Assembly: GCA_035428045.1 (NCBI GenBank)
Contig: DAOMCT010000001.1
Coordinates: 162,899-226,898, forward strand
DNA from: Thiobacillus sp.
GTDB taxonomy: Bacteria > Pseudomonadota > Gammaproteobacteria > Burkholderiales > Thiobacillaceae
Direction: 5' to 3'
Length of the DNA: 64,000 nt
Positions 29,465-38,891 of this stretch are shown in pieces. How positions within the stretch are numbered: position 1 is the stretch's first letter; each line of letters begins with the position of its first letter. A program made the position numbers and the translations under genes. The notes under the pieces were generated by a model, which saw only the letters and a list, made by a program, of their open reading frames with translations, was not told the origin of the DNA and searched no databases.

Positions 29465-30005
29465 ACCTCACTTGTTTAAGGCTGTCTGAATGGTGCTTTC
29501 CGTCAGTGCGCCAGGCAAAGTGGAGATCGAAACTTGCGCCGCGCGCCACACGGTAGGCGGTCATCCCCTGGTTCCAGTCGCCCGGTGAAAAAGTCTGCGT
29601 GGCGGGGAACTGTGCCCAGGCGAAGGCGATGCGAGCAGGCTCGGCAACGCCGTGTTGTTTCCAGATGCGTTCCCATGCGGCCTTGCTGCGAATGGGGCGC
29701 GGAGCCTGGCCTGCAACGACATAGCGCCAGTCGGCCAGACGGTGCTGGATCGGCGTGTTGCCGAGGTTGCGCACCACAGTCATGAAGACGCATTCGGCGG
29801 CGTAGCGTTCTGACATCGCAGCAGAAAACCCGCGTGCCTGGTAAAAGGCACGCGCCTGATCCGGGCTGATCTGGGTCAGCTGCAACTGGATGCCGCCGGT
29901 TTCGATTTGCCAGGTGGCCAGTCCGGTTTCCGCGTCCACACTAAAGTCGGCAGCGCTCGCTGCCACACTCCACACAGCCAAAAGGGTCAGGGCGGCGAAT
30001 CGCAT
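29445..30005 (-). CDS. Exported hypothetical protein with two Cys
   Basis: Signal peptide [18 protein letters not shown]; overlaps the tlpA start. Confidence 0.75.
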   Translation of the reverse strand: MRFAALTLLAVWSVAASAADFSVDAETGLATWQIETGGIQLQLTQISPDQARAFYQARGFSAAMSERYAAECVFMTVVRNLGNTPIQHRLADWRYVVAGQAPRPIRSKAAWERIWKQHGVAEPARIAFAWAQFPATQTFSPGDWNQGMTAYRVARGASFDLHFAWRTDGKHHSDSLKQVRCADEES

Positions 30006-30053
30006 AGGCTAAAATCCCCAGAGTTGAATTCCCAACGTTGTCCCGAGCAGATT

Positions 30054-30980
30054 ATGGCAGACCCCATTCAACACAAGGGTGCGGCAAAAACCGCGCGCAT
30101 CCCGATCAAGATCGTGCCGCAGGAGCGCATGCGTCTGCCGCCGTGGATTCGCGCCAAGGCGCCGAGCCTGCCAAATGTCGCACGGCTGAAGGGCATTCTG
30201 CGCGAGGCGAAGCTGCACACCGTGTGCGAAGAAGCCTCCTGTCCCAATCTGGGCGAATGCTTTGGCCACGGCACTGCGACCTTCATGATCCTGGGCGACC
30301 TGTGTACCCGGCGCTGCCCGTTCTGCGATGTCGGCCACGGCACGCCGCTGCCACCGGACGTCGACGAGCCGCGCCACCTGGGCGAAACCATTGCGATGAT
30401 GGCGCTGAAATATGTGGTGATCACCAGCGTCGATCGCGACGATCTGCGCGACGGCGGAGCGCAGCATTTCATCGACTGCATCCGCGCCGTGCGCGAGTTG
30501 TCGCCGGCGACGCGGATCGAAATCCTGACGCCGGACTTTCGCGGTCGTCACGACCGTGCGCTCGATATTTTTGACGCCGCGCCACCCGACGTGATGAACC
30601 ACAATCTTGAAACCGTGCCGCGCCTGTACAAGGCGGCGCGCCCGGGCGCCGATTACGCGCATTCGCTCAAATTATTGAAAGACTTCAAGGCGCGCCATCC
30701 CTCTGTGCCGACCAAGTCTGGTCTGATGCTGGGACTGGGTGAGGAAGACGACGAGATCCTGCAGGTGATGCGCGATCTGCGCGCCCATGAGGTCGACATG
30801 CTGACGCTGGGGCAATACCTGCAGCCCTCGCAACACCATTTGCCAGTATTGCGCTTCGTGACGCCGGAACGCTTTGCCCAGTTCGAGCAGGAAGCGCTGA
30901 CGATGGGTTTCAAGCACGCCGCGTGCGGCCCAATGGTGCGATCGAGTTACCACGCCGACCAGCAGGCGGCGGGGGTGTAA
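30054..30980 (+). CDS. lipA: Lipoyl synthase
   Basis: [24 protein letters not shown] motifs. Confidence 0.97.
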   Translation: MADPIQHKGAAKTARIPIKIVPQERMRLPPWIRAKAPSLPNVARLKGILREAKLHTVCEEASCPNLGECFGHGTATFMILGDLCTRRCPFCDVGHGTPLPPDVDEPRHLGETIAMMALKYVVITSVDRDDLRDGGAQHFIDCIRAVRELSPATRIEILTPDFRGRHDRALDIFDAAPPDVMNHNLETVPRLYKAARPGADYAHSLKLLKDFKARHPSVPTKSGLMLGLGEEDDEILQVMRDLRAHEVDMLTLGQYLQPSQHHLPVLRFVTPERFAQFEQEALTMGFKHAACGPMVRSSYHADQQAAGV

Positions 30981-30981
30981 C

Positions 30982-32115
30982 TTACTTGGCGCGTTGCGTG
31001 GGGATGGGCCGATTGCGCCCCGTCCAGACCAATGCGACCAAACCCAGAAGCATCAGGTAGATCATTGAAGGTTCGGGTACGGCAGCTCTGGTTAAGCCAA
31101 CCGTTCGCGACGGCGGCTGACTGGCGCCCGGCTCCGCTAGCACTTCAGGCAGGGCCGAGGGCAGGATGAACTGGCTGATTGGCGCGTCCGGTCCAGATGG
31201 AAACGCCAATATGAGTGGTTCGAACTGAGCCGGCGGGTTGCCGGGCAAGGCCTCAGGCTGTTCATTTCGCGGTACTTCCGATGGAGGCGATGCCGGTGCG
31301 CCTGCCTCGCCAGGGCCGTTCTGGTCGGCCGGCGTGTCGGTGCTCGGACGCGCCGCCTGTTCGGGCAGAGCCGTCACGTTTTCAGGGGAGGGGTTTTGCG
31401 GCACGTTTCGTGGATCGCCCGGGGGAAGTGTCGTCGGCAAGCCGGCGTCGTTCGGGTTTTTATGGTCGATAGGATCAACGGGCTTCGCGAGGTGTGTCGG
31501 ACAAGGACTCCCCCCCGGCAGCAACGCATTGGGTGATTCGCTATCGGGTGCGGAGACCGCGGCGGGTGTGCAATTGAGCTGTTCGCCGGGGGTACGCGGT
31601 AGCAGTGGGATATGGCCGTTCGTGGGCGGAGAGGTTGGATTGCCATCCGGCAGCGAAGCTTTGGGTGGAAGTCCGCCGTGACTAGGGCCAGGCAGAACGG
31701 GTGAACCGTGGCGAGGACCGAAGTGTGGCGACGAACCCGCTCCCGGCCCGCGCCCGCCGTCGCCAGACAGGTCGAGAGACGGCGAGGCAGATGCCGATCC
31801 GCGCCCGACTGCGCGGCTGTCAGCCGCCGGAAATTCGGCCAGCACCACTTGTAGCAGGTGTCCTTCGACCTCGATGTGGGCGATGTCCAGTGCAGATGCG
31901 CTATTGTGAGCCAGGCGGGTGGGGGCCATCGCCACAGTGGCTGCCTTGAGGGCGGGCGAAGCGGGAGAGGGCAGTTGCGTGACGAGCCCGCCAACCAGTA
32001 CGGAGGCAGCAGCGGCACTGGAAATGATTTTTCCAGACGGGCTGAGCAAGGCGGAAAGCGTGAGTCCCAACGCGCCGATTTTGCGTGCACGAGGATAGGG
32101 GGAGGGTGGAGTCAT
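30982..32115 (-). CDS. PEP-CTERM sorting domain protein, Pro/Ser/Gly-rich
   Basis: C-terminus VPEPS + hydrophobic helix + basic tail (RNRP..RAK); N-terminal basic/hydrophobic signal. Confidence 0.85.
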   Translation of the reverse strand: MTPPSPYPRARKIGALGLTLSALLSPSGKIISSAAAASVLVGGLVTQLPSPASPALKAATVAMAPTRLAHNSASALDIAHIEVEGHLLQVVLAEFPAADSRAVGRGSASASPSLDLSGDGGRGPGAGSSPHFGPRHGSPVLPGPSHGGLPPKASLPDGNPTSPPTNGHIPLLPRTPGEQLNCTPAAVSAPDSESPNALLPGGSPCPTHLAKPVDPIDHKNPNDAGLPTTLPPGDPRNVPQNPSPENVTALPEQAARPSTDTPADQNGPGEAGAPASPPSEVPRNEQPEALPGNPPAQFEPLILAFPSGPDAPISQFILPSALPEVLAEPGASQPPSRTVGLTRAAVPEPSMIYLMLLGLVALVWTGRNRPIPTQRAK

Positions 32116-32261
32116 GGTCGGGTGCCTTGATTATCAGTATTGATGGCAGCTTCGAGCCATTACGCAAGAGTTGCATTTGTTCCGTCAATGTACTGATGCA
32201 ACCCAATGATCCGGATTTCGTACCTGGACGAGACACACGGTCAACCCGATAGCCTGATAAC

Positions 32262-32277
32262 AGCAAGGCCTATGCCG
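32262..32277 (-). promoter_or_regulatory. Sigma-54 promoter of the PEP-CTERM gene
   Basis: Minus strand CGGCATAGGCCTTGCT = GG-N10-GC with TTGC, followed upstream by an AT-rich tract. Confidence 0.75.
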
Positions 32278-32362
32278 TGAATTAAATTTGTCATTCATGG
32301 CATTGATTTGTTAAGGATTTAAATTAATAACGCTGCGAAGTAGCAGTCGTCAAATCGAAAAG

Positions 32363-32379
32363 TGTAAAGTTCTTCGACA
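32363..32379. promoter_or_regulatory. Candidate enhancer-binding-protein (PrsR-type) site
   Basis: TGTAAAGTTCTTCGACA (TGT-N11-ACA), about 87 bp upstream of the sigma-54 -24 element. Confidence 0.55.
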
Positions 32380-32510
32380 TTTGAGCGGCATAACGGGCTG
32401 GTTTGCCTTGATCGCACCTGGCTGCCCTTCCCTTTGCGGGTGTCTGCGCTCACTCAGGGGGTAAAACCGGTCCCGAATAGATCCATCGTGCTGAGCGACG
32501 GGCTGTAAGC

Positions 32511-33296
32511 CTACTTCAGAAGCCGCTTGCGCGTCAGTGCCAGCGCAATGACATAACCCAGACTGCCGTAGATCAATAAGGCAGTCACGTGCAGCGCAAC
32601 GCTGTCGGGCATGCGTCCGACCACCAGCGGCCGCGCCAGATCGATGGCGTGGCTGAGCGGCAGCCAGGCGGAGACGCTTTGCAGCAGCGGCGGCAGTTGT
32701 GACACAGGGAAGAATACGCCGCACAGCAACACCATCGGCGTGATCACCAGGGTGAAGTAATAGAGAAAAAAGTCGTAGCTCGGTGACACCGCATTCATTA
32801 CCAGACCCATGCCGCCGAAGCAGAAGCCGACCAGTGCGACGACCGGAATGATCCACAGCGTCATCCAGAAATTGCCGAACAGCCCCAAGCCCCAGATCAC
32901 CGCAAGGATCGCCACGCCGGAGAGCAGGCTCTTCGACGTCGCCCAGGTCAGTTCCCCCAGCATCACGTCGTCAAGCGTCATCGGTGCGTTGAGGATGGCG
33001 TCCCAGGTGCGCTGCACGTGCATGCGCGAAAAACTCGAATACAACACCTCAAAGGTGGCGGCATTCATCGTGCTGTAAGCCACCGTTCCCGCAGCAAGAA
33101 AATTCAGATAAGGCATGCCGCCGACATCCGGCAGCAGGCTGCCGAGGCCGAAACCGAGGCCGAGCATGTACAGCATCGGGTCGGCCAGATTGCCGAGGAT
33201 GGACGGGATGGCGAGCTTTTTCCACACCAGATAGTTGCGCTGCCACACCGGAATGAAGCGCCACGATAGCTGGGGAAAACGCAGGTGTTTAATCAC
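32511..33296 (-). CDS. ABC-2 permease, NodJ-like
   Basis: [44 protein letters not shown]. Confidence 0.88.
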   Translation of the reverse strand: MIKHLRFPQLSWRFIPVWQRNYLVWKKLAIPSILGNLADPMLYMLGLGFGLGSLLPDVGGMPYLNFLAAGTVAYSTMNAATFEVLYSSFSRMHVQRTWDAILNAPMTLDDVMLGELTWATSKSLLSGVAILAVIWGLGLFGNFWMTLWIIPVVALVGFCFGGMGLVMNAVSPSYDFFLYYFTLVITPMVLLCGVFFPVSQLPPLLQSVSAWLPLSHAIDLARPLVVGRMPDSVALHVTALLIYGSLGYVIALALTRKRLLK

Positions 33297-34194
33297 GCAG
33301 GTCTCTCCCCGTCAGTTTGAGGAAAACATCCTCGAGGTTGGAGGGGCGGTGGATGTAGCGCAAGGCGGGTACCCGTTTCAGCGCGTCGATCACGCTGTCG
33401 GGGGTGCCGGTGTAGCAGAAAAGGGTTTCACCGACGGTTTCGTGGCGCAGGCACAGCGTTGCAGCATGCGTGCGGGTCCAGTTGGCGAGCCCATCGCCAA
33501 AGACTTCGACCACTGCGGGTTCGATATGCGCTTCGATCAGCGCGCGTGGCGCGCCTTCGACCACCATGCGGCCATGATCGAGGATGGCCAGACGGTCGGC
33601 CAGTCGTTCGGCTTCGTCCATGAAATGCGTGGTCAGCACGATGGTCTTGCCTTCGGCGATCAGCCGACGCAAGCCCTGCCAGATGAGATGGCGCGCCTGC
33701 GGGTCGAGGCCGGTGGTGGGCTCGTCGAGAAACAGGATGTCGGGATCGTGCACCAGCGCGCGAGCCAGCGTCAGCCGCCGTTTCATGCCGCCGGAAAGCT
33801 GCGTAATCTGAGCGTCGGCCTTGCTTGCCAGGCCGGCAAAGTCGAGCAGCATGGGCACCCGCGCGGTGACGGCGGCGCGGCTCATGCCGAAATAGCGGCC
33901 ATAGGCGAGCAGGTTTTCGCGCACCGAGAAATCCGGGTCCAGGTTGTCCATTTGCGGCACGATGCCGACTTTCATCCGGGCTGCGCGGGCCTGTTGCGGC
34001 ACCGCGATACCGGCAATTTCGATGCTGCCACTGTCCGGCTCGGTCAGCCCGAGCAGCAGGCGCAAGGTGGTGGTTTTGCCCGCGCCATTGGGGCCCAGCA
34101 GGCCAAAGCATTCACCGCGCCGGACGCTCAGGTCGAGGCCGCGCACCACTTCGGTGTCGCCGTACTTTTTGGTGAGGCCGCGCACTTTCAGCAT
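33289..34194 (-). CDS. ABC ATP-binding protein, NodI-like
   Basis: [46 protein letters not shown]. Confidence 0.9.
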   Translation of the reverse strand: MLKVRGLTKKYGDTEVVRGLDLSVRRGECFGLLGPNGAGKTTTLRLLLGLTEPDSGSIEIAGIAVPQQARAARMKVGIVPQMDNLDPDFSVRENLLAYGRYFGMSRAAVTARVPMLLDFAGLASKADAQITQLSGGMKRRLTLARALVHDPDILFLDEPTTGLDPQARHLIWQGLRRLIAEGKTIVLTTHFMDEAERLADRLAILDHGRMVVEGAPRALIEAHIEPAVVEVFGDGLANWTRTHAATLCLRHETVGETLFCYTGTPDSVIDALKRVPALRYIHRPSNLEDVFLKLTGRDLRD

Positions 34195-34790
34195 GGACAG
34201 GACTCCGTGAAAGCCTGTCTCAACTCGCTGAGTTTGCCGTGAAAAAAGTGTCCGGCATTGGGGATGACCTTGACCGTTATCTGCTGTTGTTCGGCCCAGT
34301 GCAGCATCGCAGCAGGCGGGATCAGTTCGTCGGCGTCGCCATAAATCAGCACGCTGTCGGGCGGCACCGGGTCGAATGCATACATCGTGACGGCCGGTGC
34401 GACAAGAATCAGGCGACGCGCATCGAGTTGCTGGCGCAGGCGATGCTGCACGAAGGCGCCGAACGAAAAACCCGCCAGCGCCCAAGGCAGGTTCGGATAG
34501 CTGGCTTCGACAAAGCGGGCGACCGCTAGCAGGTCTTCGGTTTCACCCATCCCCGCATCGTAGATGCCGTCGCTCATGCCGACGCCGCGAAAGTTCGGCC
34601 GCACGCTGACCCAGCCCGCTTCGTTGGCCGCCTTGGCCAGCGTGGTCACCACCTTGTTGTCGAGCGTGCCGCCGTGCAGTGGGTGAGGGTGGGCCACCAG
34701 CAGCAGGCCGCGGCGTTCGCCCTCCGGGTCGTCGATGACGGTTTCCAGCTTGCCGACGGCAACGGGGATGCGGAGTTTGTAGCGCTTCAC
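34188..34790 (-). CDS. Alpha/beta-fold hydrolase
   Basis: [23 protein letters not shown], nucleophile GFSFG, D and H (GHFFHG). Confidence 0.9.
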   Translation of the reverse strand: MKRYKLRIPVAVGKLETVIDDPEGERRGLLLVAHPHPLHGGTLDNKVVTTLAKAANEAGWVSVRPNFRGVGMSDGIYDAGMGETEDLLAVARFVEASYPNLPWALAGFSFGAFVQHRLRQQLDARRLILVAPAVTMYAFDPVPPDSVLIYGDADELIPPAAMLHWAEQQQITVKVIPNAGHFFHGKLSELRQAFTESCPC

Positions 34791-34800
34791 GGGGTGCGGA

Positions 34801-35118
34801 TCATTTCAACTGCAGGCGTTCGACGATGCGTCCCTGTTTGAGGTGCACCTCGAATATTTCGTCGATATCGGACTCGTCCACATAGGTGTACCAGATTGCT
34901 TCGGGGTAGATCACGATCACTGGGCCTTCGTTGCAGCGATCGAGGCAGCCTGCGCTGTTGATGCGACATTTGCCGACACCCGTGAGATGGGCATGCTTGG
35001 CTTTTTTCTTCAGGTAGTCGCGCATCCGCTGTCCGCCGGATGCGCCGCAGCAGGCGGCACCGTCGTCGCGCTGGTTGGTGCAGAAAAACACGTGATGGGA
35101 GAAATACGGCTTAGTCAT
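34801..35118 (-). CDS. Thioredoxin-like [2Fe-2S] ferredoxin
   Basis: HVFFCTNQR...CC...RINSAGCLDRCNEGP...YPEAIWY. Confidence 0.9.
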   Translation of the reverse strand: MTKPYFSHHVFFCTNQRDDGAACCGASGGQRMRDYLKKKAKHAHLTGVGKCRINSAGCLDRCNEGPVIVIYPEAIWYTYVDESDIDEIFEVHLKQGRIVERLQLK

Positions 35119-35482
35119 CTGTTCGTTCCATATATTGAGTAGCATTTTCATGCGCCTGGTCTGCCGGATATTTGCGGGCGTTGATCACCAGCTTGTCGGC
35201 TGCGGCGTCCAGCAAATCGATGTCGAGCAGATCGGCCAGTCGCGTCAGATAGATCAACACATCGGCGATTTCCTGGCGTACCGCTTCGTGCTGTGCCGGG
35301 CTCAGGTTCTGGCTTTGTTCTGCCGTCAGCCATTGAAACGGCTCCAGCAGTTCCGCGGCTTCGACGCTCAGCGCCATCACCAGGTTTTTGGGCGTGTGAA
35401 AGATTTCCCAGGCGCGCGCCTCGGCAAAGGCACGTATCTGTTGACGCAAGGTTTCGAGCGAGTCGATGGCAGGTCGATTCAT
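35111..35482 (-). CDS. MazG-like nucleotide pyrophosphohydrolase
   Basis: W..FHTPKNLVMALSVEAAELLE, EIADV, KLVINARKYP. Confidence 0.88.
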   Translation of the reverse strand: MNRPAIDSLETLRQQIRAFAEARAWEIFHTPKNLVMALSVEAAELLEPFQWLTAEQSQNLSPAQHEAVRQEIADVLIYLTRLADLLDIDLLDAAADKLVINARKYPADQAHENATQYMERTDD

Positions 35483-35605
35483 GAGCCGCATGATACCCCG
35501 GCAGGGGGCGAGCTTTTGACGCTTTTGGCGAGCAATCGTCATGACCCTGCTGGCATAAGCGATCACTGGGTGGGCGGGGCTCATGGTAACGCCACTTTGG
35601 GTATC

Positions 35606-35621
35606 TGGTGCGGGCCTTGCT
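35606..35621 (+). promoter_or_regulatory. Candidate sigma-54 promoter for the EPS locus
   Basis: TGGTGCGGGCCTTGCT (GG-N10-GC) shares GGCCTTGCT with the PEP-CTERM promoter. An alternative candidate lies at 35685-35700. Confidence 0.45.
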
Positions 35622-35722
35622 TACTGTGAACCCTGATGGCTTTGCAGCATGAAGTCGAAATTTCAATTCGCTCAGGCATAATCGCGGCGGATAGCTTGCT
35701 TAATTAGAGGGAGGGTGGACGC

Positions 35723-36349
35723 ATGCATACAATCAATACACTCATCGCACGCATCGGCGTTGTGTTTGCAATCGTGGCCATGGCGGGCTGCTCCAGCACC
35801 CCGACTTACCCGCCCGCGCCTGCGCAGGTCACTGAGCGTGACTGGAACTATCAGCTGGGGCCGGGCGATTCGGTGAGCGTGTTCGTGTGGCGTAATCCAG
35901 AAGTGTCGGGCAGTTTTCCGATTCGCCCGGACGGCAAGATGACCATGAACCTGATCGAGGACCTGCAGGCTTCCGGCAAGACGCCCAGCCAGCTGGCGCG
36001 CGATATCGAGAAGGCGCTGTCGAAATACATCCAGGAGCCCATTGCGACCGTGATCGTAGGCGGCGGCATCGGTCCCTATGACCAGCAGATCCGGGTCGTT
36101 GGCGAAGCCAGCAAGCCGCAGGCGCTGGGCTATCGCGAAAACATGAGTCTGATCGATCTGATGATTGCCGTAGGCGGGCTGACCGACTTCGCGGACGGCA
36201 ACAAGGCTTACCTGCAACGGATCGCGCCTGATGGTAAGCGCATCCAGCTGGGCGTGCGTCTCGAGGACCTCATCCGCAATGGCGATATCACGGCCAATGC
36301 CGACGTTCGTCCGGGCGATGTCCTGGTCATTCCCGAAAGCCTGTTCTGA
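35723..36349 (+). CDS. XrtA-system polysaccharide export lipoprotein (Wza-like)
   Basis: Lipobox MAGC, YQLGPGD...VWRNPE...IRPDGK, SLBB repeats. Confidence 0.92.
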   Translation: MHTINTLIARIGVVFAIVAMAGCSSTPTYPPAPAQVTERDWNYQLGPGDSVSVFVWRNPEVSGSFPIRPDGKMTMNLIEDLQASGKTPSQLARDIEKALSKYIQEPIATVIVGGGIGPYDQQIRVVGEASKPQALGYRENMSLIDLMIAVGGLTDFADGNKAYLQRIAPDGKRIQLGVRLEDLIRNGDITANADVRPGDVLVIPESLF

Positions 36350-36405
36350 TCGTCAACACACCGTCAGCTGGCGGTGTGTTTGTTTTGGTGGGATAGAGAC
36401 TCTGC

Positions 36406-37938
36406 ATGGATCAAGTACTGCAACAAATTTTAGGGTACGCCAAAGCCACCTGGCAGCGGCGTTGGTGGGGCGTGGCGGTAGCCTGGCTGACGTGCATCGT
36501 TGGCTGGACCTGGGTCATGACGATTCCTGATCGCTATGAGGCGTCGTCGCGGGTGTATGTCGACACGCAGACCCTGCTCAAGCCGCTGCTGCAAGGCCTG
36601 ACGGCCGAGCCCAACGTGGAGCAGCAGATCAAGCTGATGACGCGTCAGCTGGTCAGTCGGCCCACCCTGGAAAAAGTCGCCCGCATGACTGACCTGGATG
36701 TCAAGGCGAAAACCCCCGAACAAACCGAAGCCATGCTCAACAGCCTGGCAAGCAAGATCGCGATTGGTGATGCCGGGCAGGAAAATCTTTACACCATCAA
36801 GTTTCAGGACGCGAATGCCGATCTGGCCAAAAAAGTCGTGCAGTCGTTGCTGACCATTTTTGTCGAAACCAGTCTCGGTAAAACCCGCCAGGATATTTCC
36901 AGTTCGCAGCGTTTTATTGAGGATCAGCTGCAGCAATACCAGCAGAAACTGACCGATTCGGAAAACGCGCTCAAGGAATTCAAGCAGAAGCACATTGGCA
37001 TGATGCCGGGGCAGGGCGGAGACTATTACGCCAAGCTGGCCGAAGTGTCGGCCCAGTTGCGCCAGGCCCAGCTGGATCAACAGGAGGCGATCAATCGCCG
37101 CAATCAGCTCAAGCAGCAGCTGGCCGACGAGGAGCCGGAACTGGTGGCAGCAGCGGCCGCCACAACGGACGGCGAGATTGATAGCCGCATCCAGGCCTTG
37201 CAGAAGCAGATGGATCAATTGCGCCTGCAGTACACCGATCTGCATCCGGATATCCAGGCCAACAAGCGTCTGGTCGAGCGGCTGGAAGCACAGAAGAAAA
37301 TCGATATGGCTGCCCGCAAGGCAGATCCGGCGGGTTCCAAAATCCAGAACCCGGTTTATCAGCAGCTGACCATCGCCATTGCCGAGGCTGACGCAACGGT
37401 CGCTTCCCTGCAGGCGCGCGTGGGCGAGTATCAGCGACGCTATAACGAGTTGCGTAGTGCGTCCAACATGGTTCCGCAGGTCGAGCAGGAATACACCCAG
37501 CTGATGCGCGACTACGAAGTCTATCGCCAGAATTACGATGCGCTGTTGAAGCGTCGTGAGTCGGTCACCATGTCGGGCGAGGTTGAAAGCAAGACCGATA
37601 CCGTCGACTTCCGCGTGATCGACCCGCCCTTCGTCCCGAGCCAGCCCGCCTGGCCAAACCGCCCCATGCTGCTCTCCCTTGTGACGCTGGGCGGGCTGGG
37701 TGCTGGCGTGGTGGTCGCGTTCCTGCTCAGCCAGTTGCGTCGCACCGTAACGGATCGCCGTGTGCTGCGCGAGTTGACCGGCTTGCCCTTGCTGGGTGCG
37801 GTATCGCGGGTGGAAACGGATGAAACCCGTCGCCGCAAACGCAAGGGCTTGCTGACTTATCTGGCCGCCCTCGGTAGTTTGATCGCCGCGTATGGCGGAG
37901 TCATGATCCTGCAATTGGTCATGTCGCGTGCCGGTTAG
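36406..37938 (+). CDS. XrtA-system polysaccharide chain length determinant
   Basis: N-terminal TM, YEASSRVYVDTQTLL, long coiled coil, FRVIDPP, C-terminal TMs. Confidence 0.92.
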   Translation: MDQVLQQILGYAKATWQRRWWGVAVAWLTCIVGWTWVMTIPDRYEASSRVYVDTQTLLKPLLQGLTAEPNVEQQIKLMTRQLVSRPTLEKVARMTDLDVKAKTPEQTEAMLNSLASKIAIGDAGQENLYTIKFQDANADLAKKVVQSLLTIFVETSLGKTRQDISSSQRFIEDQLQQYQQKLTDSENALKEFKQKHIGMMPGQGGDYYAKLAEVSAQLRQAQLDQQEAINRRNQLKQQLADEEPELVAAAAATTDGEIDSRIQALQKQMDQLRLQYTDLHPDIQANKRLVERLEAQKKIDMAARKADPAGSKIQNPVYQQLTIAIAEADATVASLQARVGEYQRRYNELRSASNMVPQVEQEYTQLMRDYEVYRQNYDALLKRRESVTMSGEVESKTDTVDFRVIDPPFVPSQPAWPNRPMLLSLVTLGGLGAGVVVAFLLSQLRRTVTDRRVLRELTGLPLLGAVSRVETDETRRRKRKGLLTYLAALGSLIAAYGGVMILQLVMSRAG

Positions 37939-37946
37939 GAGAAACC

Positions 37947-38891
37947 ATGAGCATTATTGAAAAAGCGGCAGGAAAAATCGGCACCGGCGCGCCCAAGCCG
38001 GGTGTTGTGGCCAATCCGGCCGAGACGGCGCGAGACGCCAGCCTGATCGAGAGCGCGCTCAGCAAGCAAGGCAGTAGTTCACACGCCTCGCCTTTCATCG
38101 CGACAACGGTCGAGCCGATTTTCAGCGACCCCGATGCCTCGGTGATGGAGGGCAACAGCCAGGTGCAATCGATCAATCTGGCGCGCCTGCATCGCATGGG
38201 CGTGGTGTCGCCGGATGCCGAGAAGAGCAAAATTGCAGAAGAGTTCCGCATCATCAAGCGGCCCTTGATCGCCAACGCTTTTGGACAAGGCGCGGCGCGG
38301 GTCAAGAATGGCAACCTTATCATGGTCACCAGTTCGCTGCCGGGCGAAGGCAAAAGCTTCTGCGCCATCAACCTGGCCATCTCGATGGCGATGGAAATGG
38401 ATCGCACCGTGCTGCTGATCGACGCCGACGTCGCCAAGCCCCGGGTCCCGGAGTACCTCGGCATCCATGCCGACAAGGGCCTGTTGGATGTGCTGCAGGA
38501 CAAAAATCTCAAGCTGTCCGATGTGATGATCAAGACCGACATCGCCAAGCTGACTATTTTGCCGGCCGGCCGCACCTACAAGCGCGCAACCGAATTGTTG
38601 GCGAGCGCCGCGATGACCCGTTTGATCGAGGATATCGGCAATCGGTATCCTGACCGGATCATTTTGTTCGACTCCCCACCGTTGCTGGCGACCAGCGAGT
38701 CCAGCGTGCTGGCGACTCACATGGGGCAGATTGTCATGGTGGTGGAGGCCGAAAAAACCTCTCAGGATGCGGTGCGCGAAGCACTCAGCCACATTCAGTC
38801 GTGCGAAGTCGTGGGCATGTTACTGAATAAAACCACGCCGACCCCGGGTGCAGATTATTACTATGGTCACTATGGCAGTTACGGAAAATAA
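37947..38891 (+). CDS. XrtA-associated tyrosine autokinase
   Basis: AEEFRIIKR, Walker A SSLPGEGKS, LIDAD, DSPP, Tyr-rich C-terminal cluster. Confidence 0.92.
   Translation: MSIIEKAAGKIGTGAPKPGVVANPAETARDASLIESALSKQGSSSHASPFIATTVEPIFSDPDASVMEGNSQVQSINLARLHRMGVVSPDAEKSKIAEEFRIIKRPLIANAFGQGAARVKNGNLIMVTSSLPGEGKSFCAINLAISMAMEMDRTVLLIDADVAKPRVPEYLGIHADKGLLDVLQDKNLKLSDVMIKTDIAKLTILPAGRTYKRATELLASAAMTRLIEDIGNRYPDRIILFDSPPLLATSESSVLATHMGQIVMVVEAEKTSQDAVREALSHIQSCEVVGMLLNKTTPTPGADYYYGHYGSYGK

Noticed and set aside
32511-34194. Nodulation function for the nodI/nodJ-like genes
   Set aside because: No nodABC here; NodIJ-like exporters are common in non-symbiotic Betaproteobacteria.
35674-35689. AGGCATAATCGCGGCG as a sigma-54 promoter
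   Set aside because: The spacing is correct but the -12 element lacks TGC.
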